The notes below the pieces were generated by a model that did not search any database, had not been told where the DNA came from, and saw nothing but the letters and a program-made list of their open reading frames with translations. A DNA stretch of 64,000 nt from assembly GCA_044237845.1 (NCBI GenBank), contig JBIIEL010000007.1, positions 61 to 64,060 on the forward strand. The letters are read 5' to 3'. Each line of letters opens with the position of its first letter. The stretch's first letter is position 1. Source of the stretch: Rickettsiales bacterium. GTDB lineage: Bacteria > Pseudomonadota > Alphaproteobacteria > Rickettsiales > UBA3002. This document shows, piece by piece, positions 37,215-46,783 of the stretch. Position numbers and translations under genes: made by a program.

Positions 37215-37862
37215 ATGGAAGCATTATTAGCACATTGTACGGCAGCATTTTCCGGTCACGGAGGCATGTTTGTCGGATTTTTTCTCGGCGGGTTGATGGG
37301 CAGCCTCAGCCACTGCCTCGTCATGTGTGGGCCGGTGGTGGCGTGCCAATCGGCATGTGGTGGCGGCTGCGGCAAACGCATGGAAGCTGCGTCGCAATGG
37401 CAGTATCATGCCGGGCGTTTCTTTACCTATGGTGCACTCGGCTTTGTGGCCGCGCTGCTCTCGCAACAGATTGCCGCGGCACCTTATTGGTCGACACTCT
37501 CCGGCGCGATGATGCTGGTAGCAGGCGGGTTGTTCCTGCTCAGCGCCTGCTTCCCTAACCGTCATGGTGTGGTGGGTCGTGCCCCGCGCAATGGGTTTCT
37601 GCGCGGCGCGTTGATGGGCTTCATGCCCTGCGGATTGATTTACGCCGCGCTGATGATGGCGGCAACGCTGGCCAATCCGTTAGCGGGCATGCTGGCGATG
37701 TGGCTGTTCGTGCTGGGCACCCTGCCCGCATTGGTGATGGCAAGCGGGGCAGCTGCCCTGCTGGCGCAACGGTGGAAAGAAATCATACCGCGCATGGGTC
37801 GTGCGGGGATGGCGTTTAACGGGTTGGCACTGCTGGTGTTGGCCGAAAAAGCAATGAGGTAG
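37215..37862 (+). CDS. DsbD_2 / TauE-SafE-like integral membrane protein
   Basis: 215 aa, polytopic. Motif SHCLVMCGPVV, typical (from memory) of the DsbD_2 family. It lies immediately upstream of ccoN. Confidence 0.6.
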   Translation: MEALLAHCTAAFSGHGGMFVGFFLGGLMGSLSHCLVMCGPVVACQSACGGGCGKRMEAASQWQYHAGRFFTYGALGFVAALLSQQIAAAPYWSTLSGAMMLVAGGLFLLSACFPNRHGVVGRAPRNGFLRGALMGFMPCGLIYAALMMAATLANPLAGMLAMWLFVLGTLPALVMASGAAALLAQRWKEIIPRMGRAGMAFNGLALLVLAEKAMR

Positions 37863-37865
37863 AAT

Positions 37866-39314
37866 ATGCAACAAAGTCTCAGTACCGCACCCGTCTATAA
37901 CGACGACATTGTCAAAAAGTTCACCATCGCCGCCCTCTTCTGGGGTGCGGTGGGGATGTTGGTGGGGCTGGTGATTGCCCTCCAGCTTGCCTTCCCTGAG
38001 CTCAATATCGAGCCATATCTCAGCTTTGGCCGTCTGCGCCCCGTACATACATCAGGCGTGATTTTCGCCTTCGGTGGCAGCGTGCTGTTCGCTACGTCAT
38101 ATTTCATCGTGCAGCGCACCTGCCGCACGCGGTTATGGAATGACAAGCTCGCGAATTTCACTTTCTGGGGCTATCAGTCCTTCATTGTGATGGCGGCGCT
38201 GGGCTACGTGCTCGGCATCACGCAGGGCAAAGAATATGCCGAGCCGGAATGGTATGCAGATTTGTGGCTTACCGTGGTGTGGGTGGCATATCTGCTCATC
38301 TTCCTGATGACGCTGGCCAAACGCAAAGAGCCGCATATCTATGTGGCGAACTGGTTCTTCCTCGCCTTCATCGCCACCGTTGCGGTGCTGCACCTCGTCA
38401 ACGCGGCGAGCATTCCCGTCTCGGCGCTGGGTGCGAAATCCGTGCCGGTGTGGGGTGGTGTGCAGGCTGCACTGATTCAATGGTGGTATGGCCATAACGC
38501 GGTGGGCTTTTTCCTGACCGCAGGCTTCCTCGGCATCATGTATTATTTCATTCCGAAACGTGCAGAGCGTCCGGTCTATTCGTACCGTTTGTCGATCCTG
38601 CACTTCTGGTCGCTCATCTTCATTTATATCTGGGCTGGCCCGCACCATCTGCACTACACCGCGCTGCCGGATTGGGCACAAACGCTCGGCATGACCTTCT
38701 CGATTATGCTGTGGATGCCAAGCTGGGGCGGCATGATTAACGGCATCATGACACTCTCGGGAGCATGGAACAAACTGCGCGAAGACCCAGTGCTACGCTT
38801 CATGATCGTCGCGCTCGCTTTCTATGGCATGAGCACGTTTGAAGGGCCGCTGATGTCGATTAAAGCTGTCAACTCGCTCAGCCACTATACGGATTGGACG
38901 ATTGGCCACGTGCATTCCGGTGCGCTTGGCTGGGTGGCATTCATCAGCTTCGGTGCGATTTACCATCTCGTGCCCGTGCTGTGGAAAAAGAAAGAGCTGT
39001 ATTCGATGCGCCTCGTGAACATCCATCTCTGGGTGGCGACGATTGGTATCGTGCTCTACATCACCGCGATGTGGGTGGCGGGAATTATGCAAGGCCTGAT
39101 GTGGCGTGCGTATGACGCGATGGGCTTCCTCGAGTATTCCTTCGTGGAAACGGTCGAGGCCATGCACCCCTACTACATCATTCGCGCACTCGGTGGGCTG
39201 CTCTATCTCGGCGGCATGCTCATCATGATTTATAACTGCTGGAAGACCATCGCGGGCTGCTCACAGCAGTGCGATTCCTGCCAGTGCAGCAGCAAGGAGG
39301 AAGGCAATGCTTAA
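37866..39314 (+). CDS. ccoN: cbb3-type cytochrome c oxidase subunit I
   Basis: 482 aa, about 12 TM. His ligand regions are present ([27 protein letters not shown]). Confidence 0.95.
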   Translation: MQQSLSTAPVYNDDIVKKFTIAALFWGAVGMLVGLVIALQLAFPELNIEPYLSFGRLRPVHTSGVIFAFGGSVLFATSYFIVQRTCRTRLWNDKLANFTFWGYQSFIVMAALGYVLGITQGKEYAEPEWYADLWLTVVWVAYLLIFLMTLAKRKEPHIYVANWFFLAFIATVAVLHLVNAASIPVSALGAKSVPVWGGVQAALIQWWYGHNAVGFFLTAGFLGIMYYFIPKRAERPVYSYRLSILHFWSLIFIYIWAGPHHLHYTALPDWAQTLGMTFSIMLWMPSWGGMINGIMTLSGAWNKLREDPVLRFMIVALAFYGMSTFEGPLMSIKAVNSLSHYTDWTIGHVHSGALGWVAFISFGAIYHLVPVLWKKKELYSMRLVNIHLWVATIGIVLYITAMWVAGIMQGLMWRAYDAMGFLEYSFVETVEAMHPYYIIRALGGLLYLGGMLIMIYNCWKTIAGCSQQCDSCQCSSKEEGNA

Positions 39315-40047
39315 GCATCACGGTAAACTGGAGCGCAACTCCATCTGGCTTCTCGTTTTCATCATCGTCGCCGTTTCGATTGGCGGGCTGGTGGAAATTA
39401 TCCCACTGTTTCGCGTCGAGACCACCATCGAGAAAGTGAGTAGCATGCGCCCTTACACGCCGCTGGAACTCGCCGGGCAGCAGATTTATATCCGCGAAAA
39501 CTGTTCTTCGTGCCACAGCCAGCAGATTCGTCCGCTGCGTGACGAGGTAGAGCGCTATGGCCATTACAGCCTGGCGGCTGAGAGCATGTATGATCATCCG
39601 TTCCTGTGGGGTAGCAAGCGTACGGGCCCGGATCTGGCACGTGTGGGCGGAAAATATTCCGACGAATGGCAAGCCGCACATCTCGTGGAGCCGCGTGACG
39701 TGGTGCCGGAATCCATCATGCCGTCTTACGGTTTCATGCGCAATACGGGTGCTGACCTCAGCAACATCGGTGCGCTGATGAAAGCCCATCGCACGGTTGG
39801 TGTACCGTATACCGACGCGATGATTGAGCGTGCGTATGACGACGCCATGGCACAAGCGCATACCGATTCGGATGCCAGCGGCCTGAACGAGCGTTATGGC
39901 GCCAAGGTGAATGTACGTGACTTTGACGGTCAACCAGAAATGGTTTCCGAGATGGACGCGCTCATTGCCTATCTGCAAGCGCTGGGGACGCTGGTGGATC
40001 TCAAGAGCTACCAGCTTGAGAGTACCCCGGTGAAGGAGGCAAAGTAA
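39307..40047 (+). CDS. ccoO: cbb3-type cytochrome c oxidase subunit II (monohaem)
   Basis: 246 aa. N-terminal TM and CSSCHSQ haem c motif. 8-nt overlap with ccoN. Confidence 0.93.
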   Translation: MLKHHGKLERNSIWLLVFIIVAVSIGGLVEIIPLFRVETTIEKVSSMRPYTPLELAGQQIYIRENCSSCHSQQIRPLRDEVERYGHYSLAAESMYDHPFLWGSKRTGPDLARVGGKYSDEWQAAHLVEPRDVVPESIMPSYGFMRNTGADLSNIGALMKAHRTVGVPYTDAMIERAYDDAMAQAHTDSDASGLNERYGAKVNVRDFDGQPEMVSEMDALIAYLQALGTLVDLKSYQLESTPVKEAK

Positions 40048-40202
40048 TGCATCTGATTTACGAATATGCGCCTTCTGCAAGCCTGATATTTTTCTTCCTC
40101 TTTTTTCTGGGAGCGGCGTTTTACGCCTATCGGCCTGCAGCCAAACAAACGATGAAAGACCACGCCCTCATTCCGCTGAAAGAGGAGAACAGCCATGAGT
40201 AA
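40047..40202 (+). CDS. ccoQ: cbb3-type oxidase small subunit CcoQ (51 aa; below the ORF-track cutoff)
   Basis: ATG overlaps the ccoO TAA. Translates to [51 protein letters not shown], a single-TM protein in the canonical slot between ccoO and ccoP. Confidence 0.75.
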   Translation: MHLIYEYAPSASLIFFFLFFLGAAFYAYRPAAKQTMKDHALIPLKEENSHE

Positions 40203-41112
40203 CGATAAAAAAGAAATCGACCAACATTCCGGCGTTGAAACCACCGGCCATGAATGGGACGGCCTGAAGGAGCTCAACAACCCTGCGCCGCGCTGGTGGC
40301 TGTGGGTGTTCTTCATCTGCTGCATCTGGGCCGTTGGGTACTGGGTGGTTTTCCCTGCATGGCCTACCCTCTCGGGCGAAGGCGAGCGCGGCGGCACCAA
40401 AGGCAGCCATGAGTGGACGCAGTATAAGAAACTGGCCGAAGAACAGGCGGAGATTACCGCGCGTCGTGGTGAATTTGCTGAAAAAATCAAGGCACACTCG
40501 CTGGAAGACATCCAGAAAGATCCCGAGCTCTATGCGTTCGCGGTTGCGGGCGGCAAAGCCATGTTCAAAGAAAACTGCTCGGCCTGTCACGGCACCGGGG
40601 CGGAAGGCCGCCCGGGCTATCCAAACCTGAACGACGATGACTGGTTATGGGGCGGTTCCCTCAGCGAGATCTACACCACCATTCAATATGGTGCGCGGTC
40701 GACGCATGAAGAAACGCGTACCTCGCAGATGCCTGCATTTGGCGATATGCTGAGCAAGCAGGACGTCTCCGACGCGGCGGAGCATGTGCTCAGCCTCTCG
40801 GGCAAAGCAGATGCTAACGCGAATGGTGCAGCGCTGTTCACGCAGAACTGCACAGCATGCCACGGCGCCGATGGTAAGGGAACGCGTGCCATGGGTGCGC
40901 CGAACCTTGCGGATGCTATTGCGCTCTATGGCGACAAAAAAGCCGACATCGTCGCACAAATCAGCAAACCGCGCCACGGCGTAATGCCAAGCTGGGCAAA
41001 CCGCCTGCCGGACGAAACCATCAAGCAGCTCACGGTCTATGTGCACTCGCTAGGTGGTGGTGAAGGCGCCGCAACTGCTGCTGCACCTGCGCCCGCCGCG
41101 AAAGAGGAGTAA
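40195..41112 (+). CDS. ccoP: cbb3-type cytochrome c oxidase subunit III (dihaem)
   Basis: 305 aa. Two haem c motifs, CSACHG and CTACHG. N-terminal TM. Confidence 0.93.
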   Translation: MSNDKKEIDQHSGVETTGHEWDGLKELNNPAPRWWLWVFFICCIWAVGYWVVFPAWPTLSGEGERGGTKGSHEWTQYKKLAEEQAEITARRGEFAEKIKAHSLEDIQKDPELYAFAVAGGKAMFKENCSACHGTGAEGRPGYPNLNDDDWLWGGSLSEIYTTIQYGARSTHEETRTSQMPAFGDMLSKQDVSDAAEHVLSLSGKADANANGAALFTQNCTACHGADGKGTRAMGAPNLADAIALYGDKKADIVAQISKPRHGVMPSWANRLPDETIKQLTVYVHSLGGGEGAATAAAPAPAAKEE

Positions 41113-42566
41113 TGGACGAGTCTATCCAGTTCTTCAAAAAGCAGCAGAAAATTTATCCGCGGCGTGTTTGGGGAAAGTTTCGTAAGCTGAAATGGCTGGC
41201 GATGGTAGCACTGCTCGGCATCTATTATGGTGCACCGTGGCTGCGCTGGGATCGGGGCGAAAACGCCCCAGACCAGGCCATCCTCATCGACCTTGGCCAT
41301 ACGCGCGGCTATTTTTTCGGCATCGAAATCTGGCCACAGGAAGTCTACTACATCACCGGTATCCTGATTCTGGCGGCGGTGGGGCTGTTTTTTGTGACCT
41401 CGCTGTTCGGCCGGGTATGGTGCGGCTATGCCTGCCCGCAAACCGTGTGGACGGATTTATTCGTCTGGGTGGAACGCATGGTGCAGGGCGACCGCAACGC
41501 GCGTAAAAAACTCGACCAGCAGGGCTGGGGCTTCGAGAAAATCTGGAAGAAACTGCTCACCCATACACTCTGGCTGCTCATCGGCCTGATGACCGGCGGT
41601 GCATGGGTGTTCTACTTCAACGACGCGCCAACACTGCTCGACCAGATCCTCCATCTCGATGTGCCGTGGAGCGTGGCGGGGTGGATTCTCGGCCTCACCT
41701 TCTCGACCTATCTCATGGCTGGGTTTGCGCGCGAACAGGTCTGTACCTATATGTGCCCTTATGCGCGATTCCAGTCGGCGATGTTCGACAAGGACACGCT
41801 GATTATTGCCTATGACACGCAACGTGGCGAACCACGCGGCAAATGGAAAAAGAAAGAGGCCTATCTCGCCAAAGCTGCTGGGAAAGCTACCTATCAGGCG
41901 GCGGCGCATGATTTGCTGGCGGGCGCAAAAAGTGAATCGCAGGCGCAAGGCGACTGCATCGACTGCGACTCCTGCGTGGTGGTCTGCCCAATGGGAATTG
42001 ATATTCGCGATGGATTGCAGATGGAATGCATCGCCTGCGGCCTGTGCATTGATGCCTGTGATAGCGTGATGGAAAAAATCAGCCTGCCCAAAGGGCTGAT
42101 TCGTTATGACACCGAGAGTAAAAATAAAATTGATCTGCTGCGCCCGCGCACGCTATGGTATGCTGGCATTATTTCGCTCGTTGGGTTGTTCATGCTCTAC
42201 AGCCTGTTCACGCGCTCACCACTCGAACTCAATGTGATTCATGACCGCAATCCGCTCTTCGTGAAGCTTTCAGACGGCGCGATTCGCAACGGCTATGTAT
42301 TGCATATCCTTAACAAATCGCATGACGACAAAACCTATACGCTGCGCGTAGAGGGGCTTGAGAATGCCGCGATCGAGGTGCAGGGAAGTGGCACGATGAC
42401 CGCCGAATCGTTGCCGGTATTTGCTGATTCTCTGGGCAATTTCCGTGTATTCCTACGCGCGCCAGAGCCAAAACAGCCTCGTGTGGAAATTACTTTCAGC
42501 ATTCAGGAAAATGGTGCTACTCTCAGCGACAAGAAACCTTCCATTTTCGTGAGCGAAAAACCATGA
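41112..42566 (+). CDS. ccoG: Cytochrome c oxidase accessory protein CcoG/FixG (polyferredoxin)
   Basis: 484 aa. CIDCDSCVVVCP and CIACGLCIDACD 4Fe-4S motifs. Membrane N-terminal half. Confidence 0.92.
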   Translation: MDESIQFFKKQQKIYPRRVWGKFRKLKWLAMVALLGIYYGAPWLRWDRGENAPDQAILIDLGHTRGYFFGIEIWPQEVYYITGILILAAVGLFFVTSLFGRVWCGYACPQTVWTDLFVWVERMVQGDRNARKKLDQQGWGFEKIWKKLLTHTLWLLIGLMTGGAWVFYFNDAPTLLDQILHLDVPWSVAGWILGLTFSTYLMAGFAREQVCTYMCPYARFQSAMFDKDTLIIAYDTQRGEPRGKWKKKEAYLAKAAGKATYQAAAHDLLAGAKSESQAQGDCIDCDSCVVVCPMGIDIRDGLQMECIACGLCIDACDSVMEKISLPKGLIRYDTESKNKIDLLRPRTLWYAGIISLVGLFMLYSLFTRSPLELNVIHDRNPLFVKLSDGAIRNGYVLHILNKSHDDKTYTLRVEGLENAAIEVQGSGTMTAESLPVFADSLGNFRVFLRAPEPKQPRVEITFSIQENGATLSDKKPSIFVSEKP

Positions 42567-43021
42567 GCCAGAGCCCCATGCTGCCGCGCGACAAAATGAT
42601 CCCGTGGTATTTTGTCATGTTCTTTGCTTTCATCGCGCTGGTGAATGGGGTGATGGTCACCCTCGCACTGCGCACCCATACCGGCACAGTGACGGATCAT
42701 CCGTACGAAAAAGGGCTGGCCTATAATGCGGTGGTCGAGGCTGCCGAGGCGCAGCAGGTGCTCGGATGGAGCAGCACCATTACCTATCATGCCGAGCAGC
42801 TGCATTTCACACTGCACGACAAGACGGGCAAGATGCTCACCCCCACGCAGGCCACAGCGCATCTTTCGCGCCCCACCCAGGCGGGAATGGATTTTGAGGT
42901 GCCACTGAAAAACGGCCTCGCCGCGGTAAAATTCCCACTCTCAGGGCAATGGGACGTGCGGGTGGATGCTACGGCAAATGGCCAGCATTACCAGCAAACG
43001 CAGCGGCTTGTGATTCCATGA
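42563..43021 (+). CDS. ccoH: CcoH/FixH family assembly protein
   Basis: 152 aa with an N-terminal TM. Lies in the slot between ccoG and ccoI. ATGA overlaps at both ends. Confidence 0.8.
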   Translation: MSQSPMLPRDKMIPWYFVMFFAFIALVNGVMVTLALRTHTGTVTDHPYEKGLAYNAVVEAAEAQQVLGWSSTITYHAEQLHFTLHDKTGKMLTPTQATAHLSRPTQAGMDFEVPLKNGLAAVKFPLSGQWDVRVDATANGQHYQQTQRLVIP

Positions 43022-45165
43022 GCCTCGCGCCATTCATCGCCGCCGAGGCCGATGGCAGACATAGCCTCAACCTGCTGGTCGATGGCATGCATTGCCCTTC
43101 CTGCGTAGCCATTATCGAAACCGCGCTCATGAAGCAGCCCGCCGTGAAGAACGCGCGCCTCAACCTCTCGACGCGGCGGTTGAAACTGGTGTGGGAGGGT
43201 GCAGAAACACTGGGTGAAAAATGGGTCGAGTTGATCAACACCATGGGCTATCGCGCCGTGCCGTTCGACCCGGAAACTGCCGAAACCGCTGAGAAAAAAG
43301 ACGAGAAATTTCTGCTGCGCTGCCTCGCAGTAGCGGGTTTCGCGAGCGGTAATCTGATGTTATTTTCGGTACCGCTATGGAGCGGCGATGCCACGACCAT
43401 GGGCGACGCCACGCGCACGCTGTTTCATTGGGTGCAGGCGGCGATTGCTATTCCCGCCATCAGCTATTGCGGCCTGCCATTCTACCGCTCTGCATGGCGC
43501 GCACTCAAACAACGCCACACCAATATGGACGTGCCGATTTCTGTCGCGGTGATTCTCGCCACGCTGATGAGCCTGTTCGAAACCATGACGCACGGCACGC
43601 ATTCTTATTTCGATTCCGGGGTGATGTTGCTGTTTTTCCTGCTCATTGGCCGCTATCTCGAAGCGCGCGCCAAAGGCCGCGCCCGCAGCGCCGCGCAGGA
43701 TTTGCTGCAGATGATGACCGGCTTTGCCACGGTACAAAAACCCGACGGCACGCAGGAGAAAATTCCCTTCTCCGAGATTCAGGAGGGCATGGTTCTCAGC
43801 GTGGCGGCAGGCGAAAAAATCAGTGCGGATGGCGAAATTCTCTCCGGCAGTTCGGAGCTTGATACCAGTCTCATTACCGGCGAAACCCTGCCACGGCCAG
43901 TGACTACAGGCACACAGGTTTTTGCAGGCACGCTGAATCTCGCTGCACCGCTGACGCTGCGGGTGACAAAACCGCACGCGCAATCGCTGCTCGCGCAGAT
44001 TGTGAAGCTGATGGAAACCGCTGAGCAGGGACAGGCGCGCTATGTCACGCTCGCCGACCGCATTTCGCGCTGGTATACACCCGCGGTCCATGCGCTCGCT
44101 GCTGCGACATTTGCCGGGTGGATGTTATGGGGAAGTGCGCCCTGGCAAGTGGCGCTGCTCTATGCCGCCACGGTACTGATTATCACCTGTCCTTGCGCGC
44201 TAGGTCTCGCCGTACCGGTGGTGCAGGTACTCGCCAGCGGCAAGTTGATGCGCGGCGGCATTCTGCTCAAATCCGGCAGCGCGCTGGAGCGGCTTTCGGC
44301 CATCACCCACGCAGTATTCGATAAAACCGGCACGTTGACGCTTGGGAAACCCGCACTCACCTCTACCCATGCCGAAAGCGACATGCAGCTCGCCGCCTCG
44401 CTCGCTGCGCAGAGCAGACACCCGCTCAGTCAGGCGCTGGTGAAAGCCTATACGGGCGCGTTGTTGCCGCTTGAAGTGCGCGAGATAGCAGGCTGCGGGC
44501 TGGAAGCAGATGGAGTGAAGCTCGGCAAGCGCAGCTGGGCTACGCAACTGCCAGATGACGGAACGCCGGGGCTTGAACTATGGCTTACACGGGAGGGGCA
44601 TGCGCCCGTGCAATTCACCTTTGCCGATGCGCTGCGAAGTGATGCTGCGGCAGTGATTGCAGCATTTTCTGCACGCGGTATCCGCACGCATCTACTATCG
44701 GGCGACCGCGAAGAAGTTACACGAACCATCGCCGAAACACTCGCCATAACGGAATATGCGGGCGCCCTGACACCATTGGAGAAAACCGAGAGAATCGCCG
44801 CCCTCAAGGCCGGTGGCGCACAGGTGCTGATGGTGGGAGATGGGCTGAATGACGCTCCCGCACTCGCCGCTGCCACTGTCTCGATTTCGCCAACCAGCGC
44901 GATGGATATCACACAGAACGCGGCAGATATTGTGTTTCAGGGCGAAACACTCCAGCCAGTACTGACAGCGCTCACGACCGCACAATCTTCGCAACGGCTG
45001 GTGAAAGAGAATTTCGCACTGGCCATTCTCTATAACGTGGTGGCTATTCCGCTTGCCGTAGCGGGATATGTGACCCCGCTGATTGCGGCAATTGCAATGT
45101 CGAGCTCGTCGCTATTGGTAATCGCCAACGCCATGCGCCTGACATGGACAAAGGAGCGTACATGA
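43018..45165 (+). CDS. ccoI: Copper-translocating P1B-type ATPase CcoI/FixI
   Basis: GMHCPSCV metal-binding domain, CPC (ITCPCALG), DKTGTLT and GDGLNDAPAL. ATG at 43018 (overlapping the ccoH stop) is preferred over the track start at 42949. Confidence 0.93.
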   Translation: MSLAPFIAAEADGRHSLNLLVDGMHCPSCVAIIETALMKQPAVKNARLNLSTRRLKLVWEGAETLGEKWVELINTMGYRAVPFDPETAETAEKKDEKFLLRCLAVAGFASGNLMLFSVPLWSGDATTMGDATRTLFHWVQAAIAIPAISYCGLPFYRSAWRALKQRHTNMDVPISVAVILATLMSLFETMTHGTHSYFDSGVMLLFFLLIGRYLEARAKGRARSAAQDLLQMMTGFATVQKPDGTQEKIPFSEIQEGMVLSVAAGEKISADGEILSGSSELDTSLITGETLPRPVTTGTQVFAGTLNLAAPLTLRVTKPHAQSLLAQIVKLMETAEQGQARYVTLADRISRWYTPAVHALAAATFAGWMLWGSAPWQVALLYAATVLIITCPCALGLAVPVVQVLASGKLMRGGILLKSGSALERLSAITHAVFDKTGTLTLGKPALTSTHAESDMQLAASLAAQSRHPLSQALVKAYTGALLPLEVREIAGCGLEADGVKLGKRSWATQLPDDGTPGLELWLTREGHAPVQFTFADALRSDAAAVIAAFSARGIRTHLLSGDREEVTRTIAETLAITEYAGALTPLEKTERIAALKAGGAQVLMVGDGLNDAPALAAATVSISPTSAMDITQNAADIVFQGETLQPVLTALTTAQSSQRLVKENFALAILYNVVAIPLAVAGYVTPLIAAIAMSSSSLLVIANAMRLTWTKERT

Positions 45166-45311
45166 ACATCCTGATTTACCTCATCCCCATCGCGCTGACG
45201 CTTGGCCTCGTGGGGCTTGCCGCATTCTTCTGGGCAGCGCGCAACAACCAGTTCGACGATTTGGACGGCGCCGCCCATCGCGTGCTACGCGACGACGACG
45301 AAACCACTTGA
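45162..45311 (+). CDS. ccoS: CcoS/FixS cbb3 oxidase maturation protein (49 aa; below the ORF-track cutoff)
   Basis: ATGA overlap with ccoI. Translates to MNILIYLIPIALTLGLVGLAAFFWAARNNQFDDLDGAAHRVLRDDDETT, the typical CcoS pattern (W..r.gQfdDl.g.a.r.l.dd). Confidence 0.8.
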   Translation: MNILIYLIPIALTLGLVGLAAFFWAARNNQFDDLDGAAHRVLRDDDETT

Positions 45312-45319
45312 GGCGCGCG

Positions 45320-45562
45320 TTAGGCCGCTTTTTTGAGCAGGCTGTAGAGCGTATCTTTGAGGGTGAGGCGCTCTTTCTTCAACGCTTCCAGACGCTCATC
45401 CGACGCGGCTTCCGCCCCCGCCTCGATGCGGTGAACAGCGTGCGCGGCTTCATCGTATTGCGCGAAGAGTTTGGCAAAATGCGCATCCGCCGCTTTCAGG
45501 CGGTGGATGGTCTCGCGGTATTCGGGGAACTCCAGAACAAGGCTGTGATTTTCAAGTGGCAT
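45320..45562 (-). CDS. DUF465 (YdcH-like) family protein
   Basis: 80 aa from the ATG at 45562 (GGAGA upstream). Translates to MPLENHSLVLEFPEYRETIHRLKAADAHFAKLFAQYDE.... Confidence 0.75.
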   Translation of the reverse strand: MPLENHSLVLEFPEYRETIHRLKAADAHFAKLFAQYDEAAHAVHRIEAGAEAASDERLEALKKERLTLKDTLYSLLKKAA

Positions 45563-45614
45563 AACATCTCCTTTGTTAATAGAAACGAGCATAGTCCGTT
45601 ATGCCTGTTTGAGA

Positions 45615-45628
45615 TTGATATAAGTCAA
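45615..45628. promoter_or_regulatory. FNR/FixK-type box TTGATATAAGTCAA upstream of ompW
   Basis: Matches TTGA-N6-TCAA. It lies 84 bp before the ompW ATG, in the divergent intergenic region. Confidence 0.6.
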
Positions 45629-45711
45629 GATGGGGGCGTTTCTTTGCGCTAGGTTGCGCCCAGAAATACAATACGGATTAACCACGTAAACTTGACTGTA
45701 AGGAGACTAAA

Positions 45712-46341
45712 ATGAAGACACTACTCACCAGCGTTGCCCTGATTGCGCTGACCGCTGGTTCGGCATTTGCTGCAGGCGACACCAAAGCACCCAGCAGCGA
45801 TTTCAAAGCTGGCGACATTCTGATTCGTGCACGCGCACTGGGCGTTGTGCCGGATGAGAGCAGCAGCATGAGCATCGCCGACGAGGTGAAGCTGAGCAAC
45901 AGCTACGTGCCTGAGATTGATGCAACCTATTTCTTCACCCCCAACGTGGCTGCGGAAGTCATTGCTGCCGTAACGCCGCATAACGTGTCGACCACCGGCG
46001 GTGTGGATGCGGGTGATGTATGGCTGCTGCCGCCGACCGTGACCCTGCAATACCACTTCACACAGCTCAAAGGTGTGAAACCGTATGTGGGTGCGGGTAT
46101 CAACTACACGCACTTCTATAACGCTGACCCGGGCGTACTGGGTGACGTGAAATACTCCGACAGCTGGGGTGGCGCGTTGCAAGCCGGTGCAGATTTCCCA
46201 CTGGGTAATAACTGGTATGCGAACGTGGACGTAAAAAAACTCTATATCGACACCACCGCCAAATTCTCGAACGACACCATCCGTGCTGACGTGGATATTG
46301 ATCCATGGGTTATCGGTATGGGCGTTGGCTATAAGTTCTAG
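45712..46341 (+). CDS. ompW: OmpW family outer-membrane protein
   Basis: 209 aa. Signal peptide MKTLLTSVALIALTAGSAFA. OmpW-like beta-strand pattern ending in GMGVGYKF. Confidence 0.88.
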   Translation: MKTLLTSVALIALTAGSAFAAGDTKAPSSDFKAGDILIRARALGVVPDESSSMSIADEVKLSNSYVPEIDATYFFTPNVAAEVIAAVTPHNVSTTGGVDAGDVWLLPPTVTLQYHFTQLKGVKPYVGAGINYTHFYNADPGVLGDVKYSDSWGGALQAGADFPLGNNWYANVDVKKLYIDTTAKFSNDTIRADVDIDPWVIGMGVGYKF

Positions 46342-46343
46342 TC

Positions 46344-46769
46344 ATGACACGCTGCGAGATCACACCTCTCGGGCCACCCTCCAGCAAGGCCTGCTCGGGC
46401 AAGTGCAAAAGCACTTGTTCGAGCGCGCCGCGTGTTTGGGTGGTTACCGCCTGCGAAGGGATGATCTCGCTGTTTGAGAAAGACGTTCAGGGAAAGATGC
46501 ATCCCCTGCATGGTCTGGATAGCGCCGTGTTTTCGTCGCTTGAGGCCTTCCAGAACGCGATAGAAAAGGCCGAAGACAGGCACAGATTCGACCAGCTTGT
46601 CATCATCGGCAGCGGTGGAGATATTGCTTGGGTGCATGCATCGCTTCCTTCATCTGCCACACGCCATATCGTTGCTGAAATAGAATACCCGCTCCTGCCT
46701 GCTTGGTTCAAGCAGCCGCAACCGCTGCCGAGCCTCGCCCGCGCCATTGAGGGTGTATTTAACGCCTGA
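46344..46769 (+). CDS. Hypothetical protein, weakly host-attachment-protein-like (PF10116-like); start uncertain
   Basis: VWVVTACEGMISLF and FDQLVIIGSGGDIAWVHASLPSSATRHIVAEIE resemble the WVLVADG...LIVVAPPRTLGELR pattern. The first ~30 codons look non-native, so the true start may be internal. Confidence 0.3.
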   Translation: MTRCEITPLGPPSSKACSGKCKSTCSSAPRVWVVTACEGMISLFEKDVQGKMHPLHGLDSAVFSSLEAFQNAIEKAEDRHRFDQLVIIGSGGDIAWVHASLPSSATRHIVAEIEYPLLPAWFKQPQPLPSLARAIEGVFNA

Positions 46770-46783
46770 TGACTCTGGAATGT

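Noticed and set aside
42949-43017. Extended start of ccoI at 42949.
   Set aside because: The extension overlaps ccoH. The ATG at 43018 forms the typical ATGA coupling and is followed directly by the heavy-metal-binding domain.
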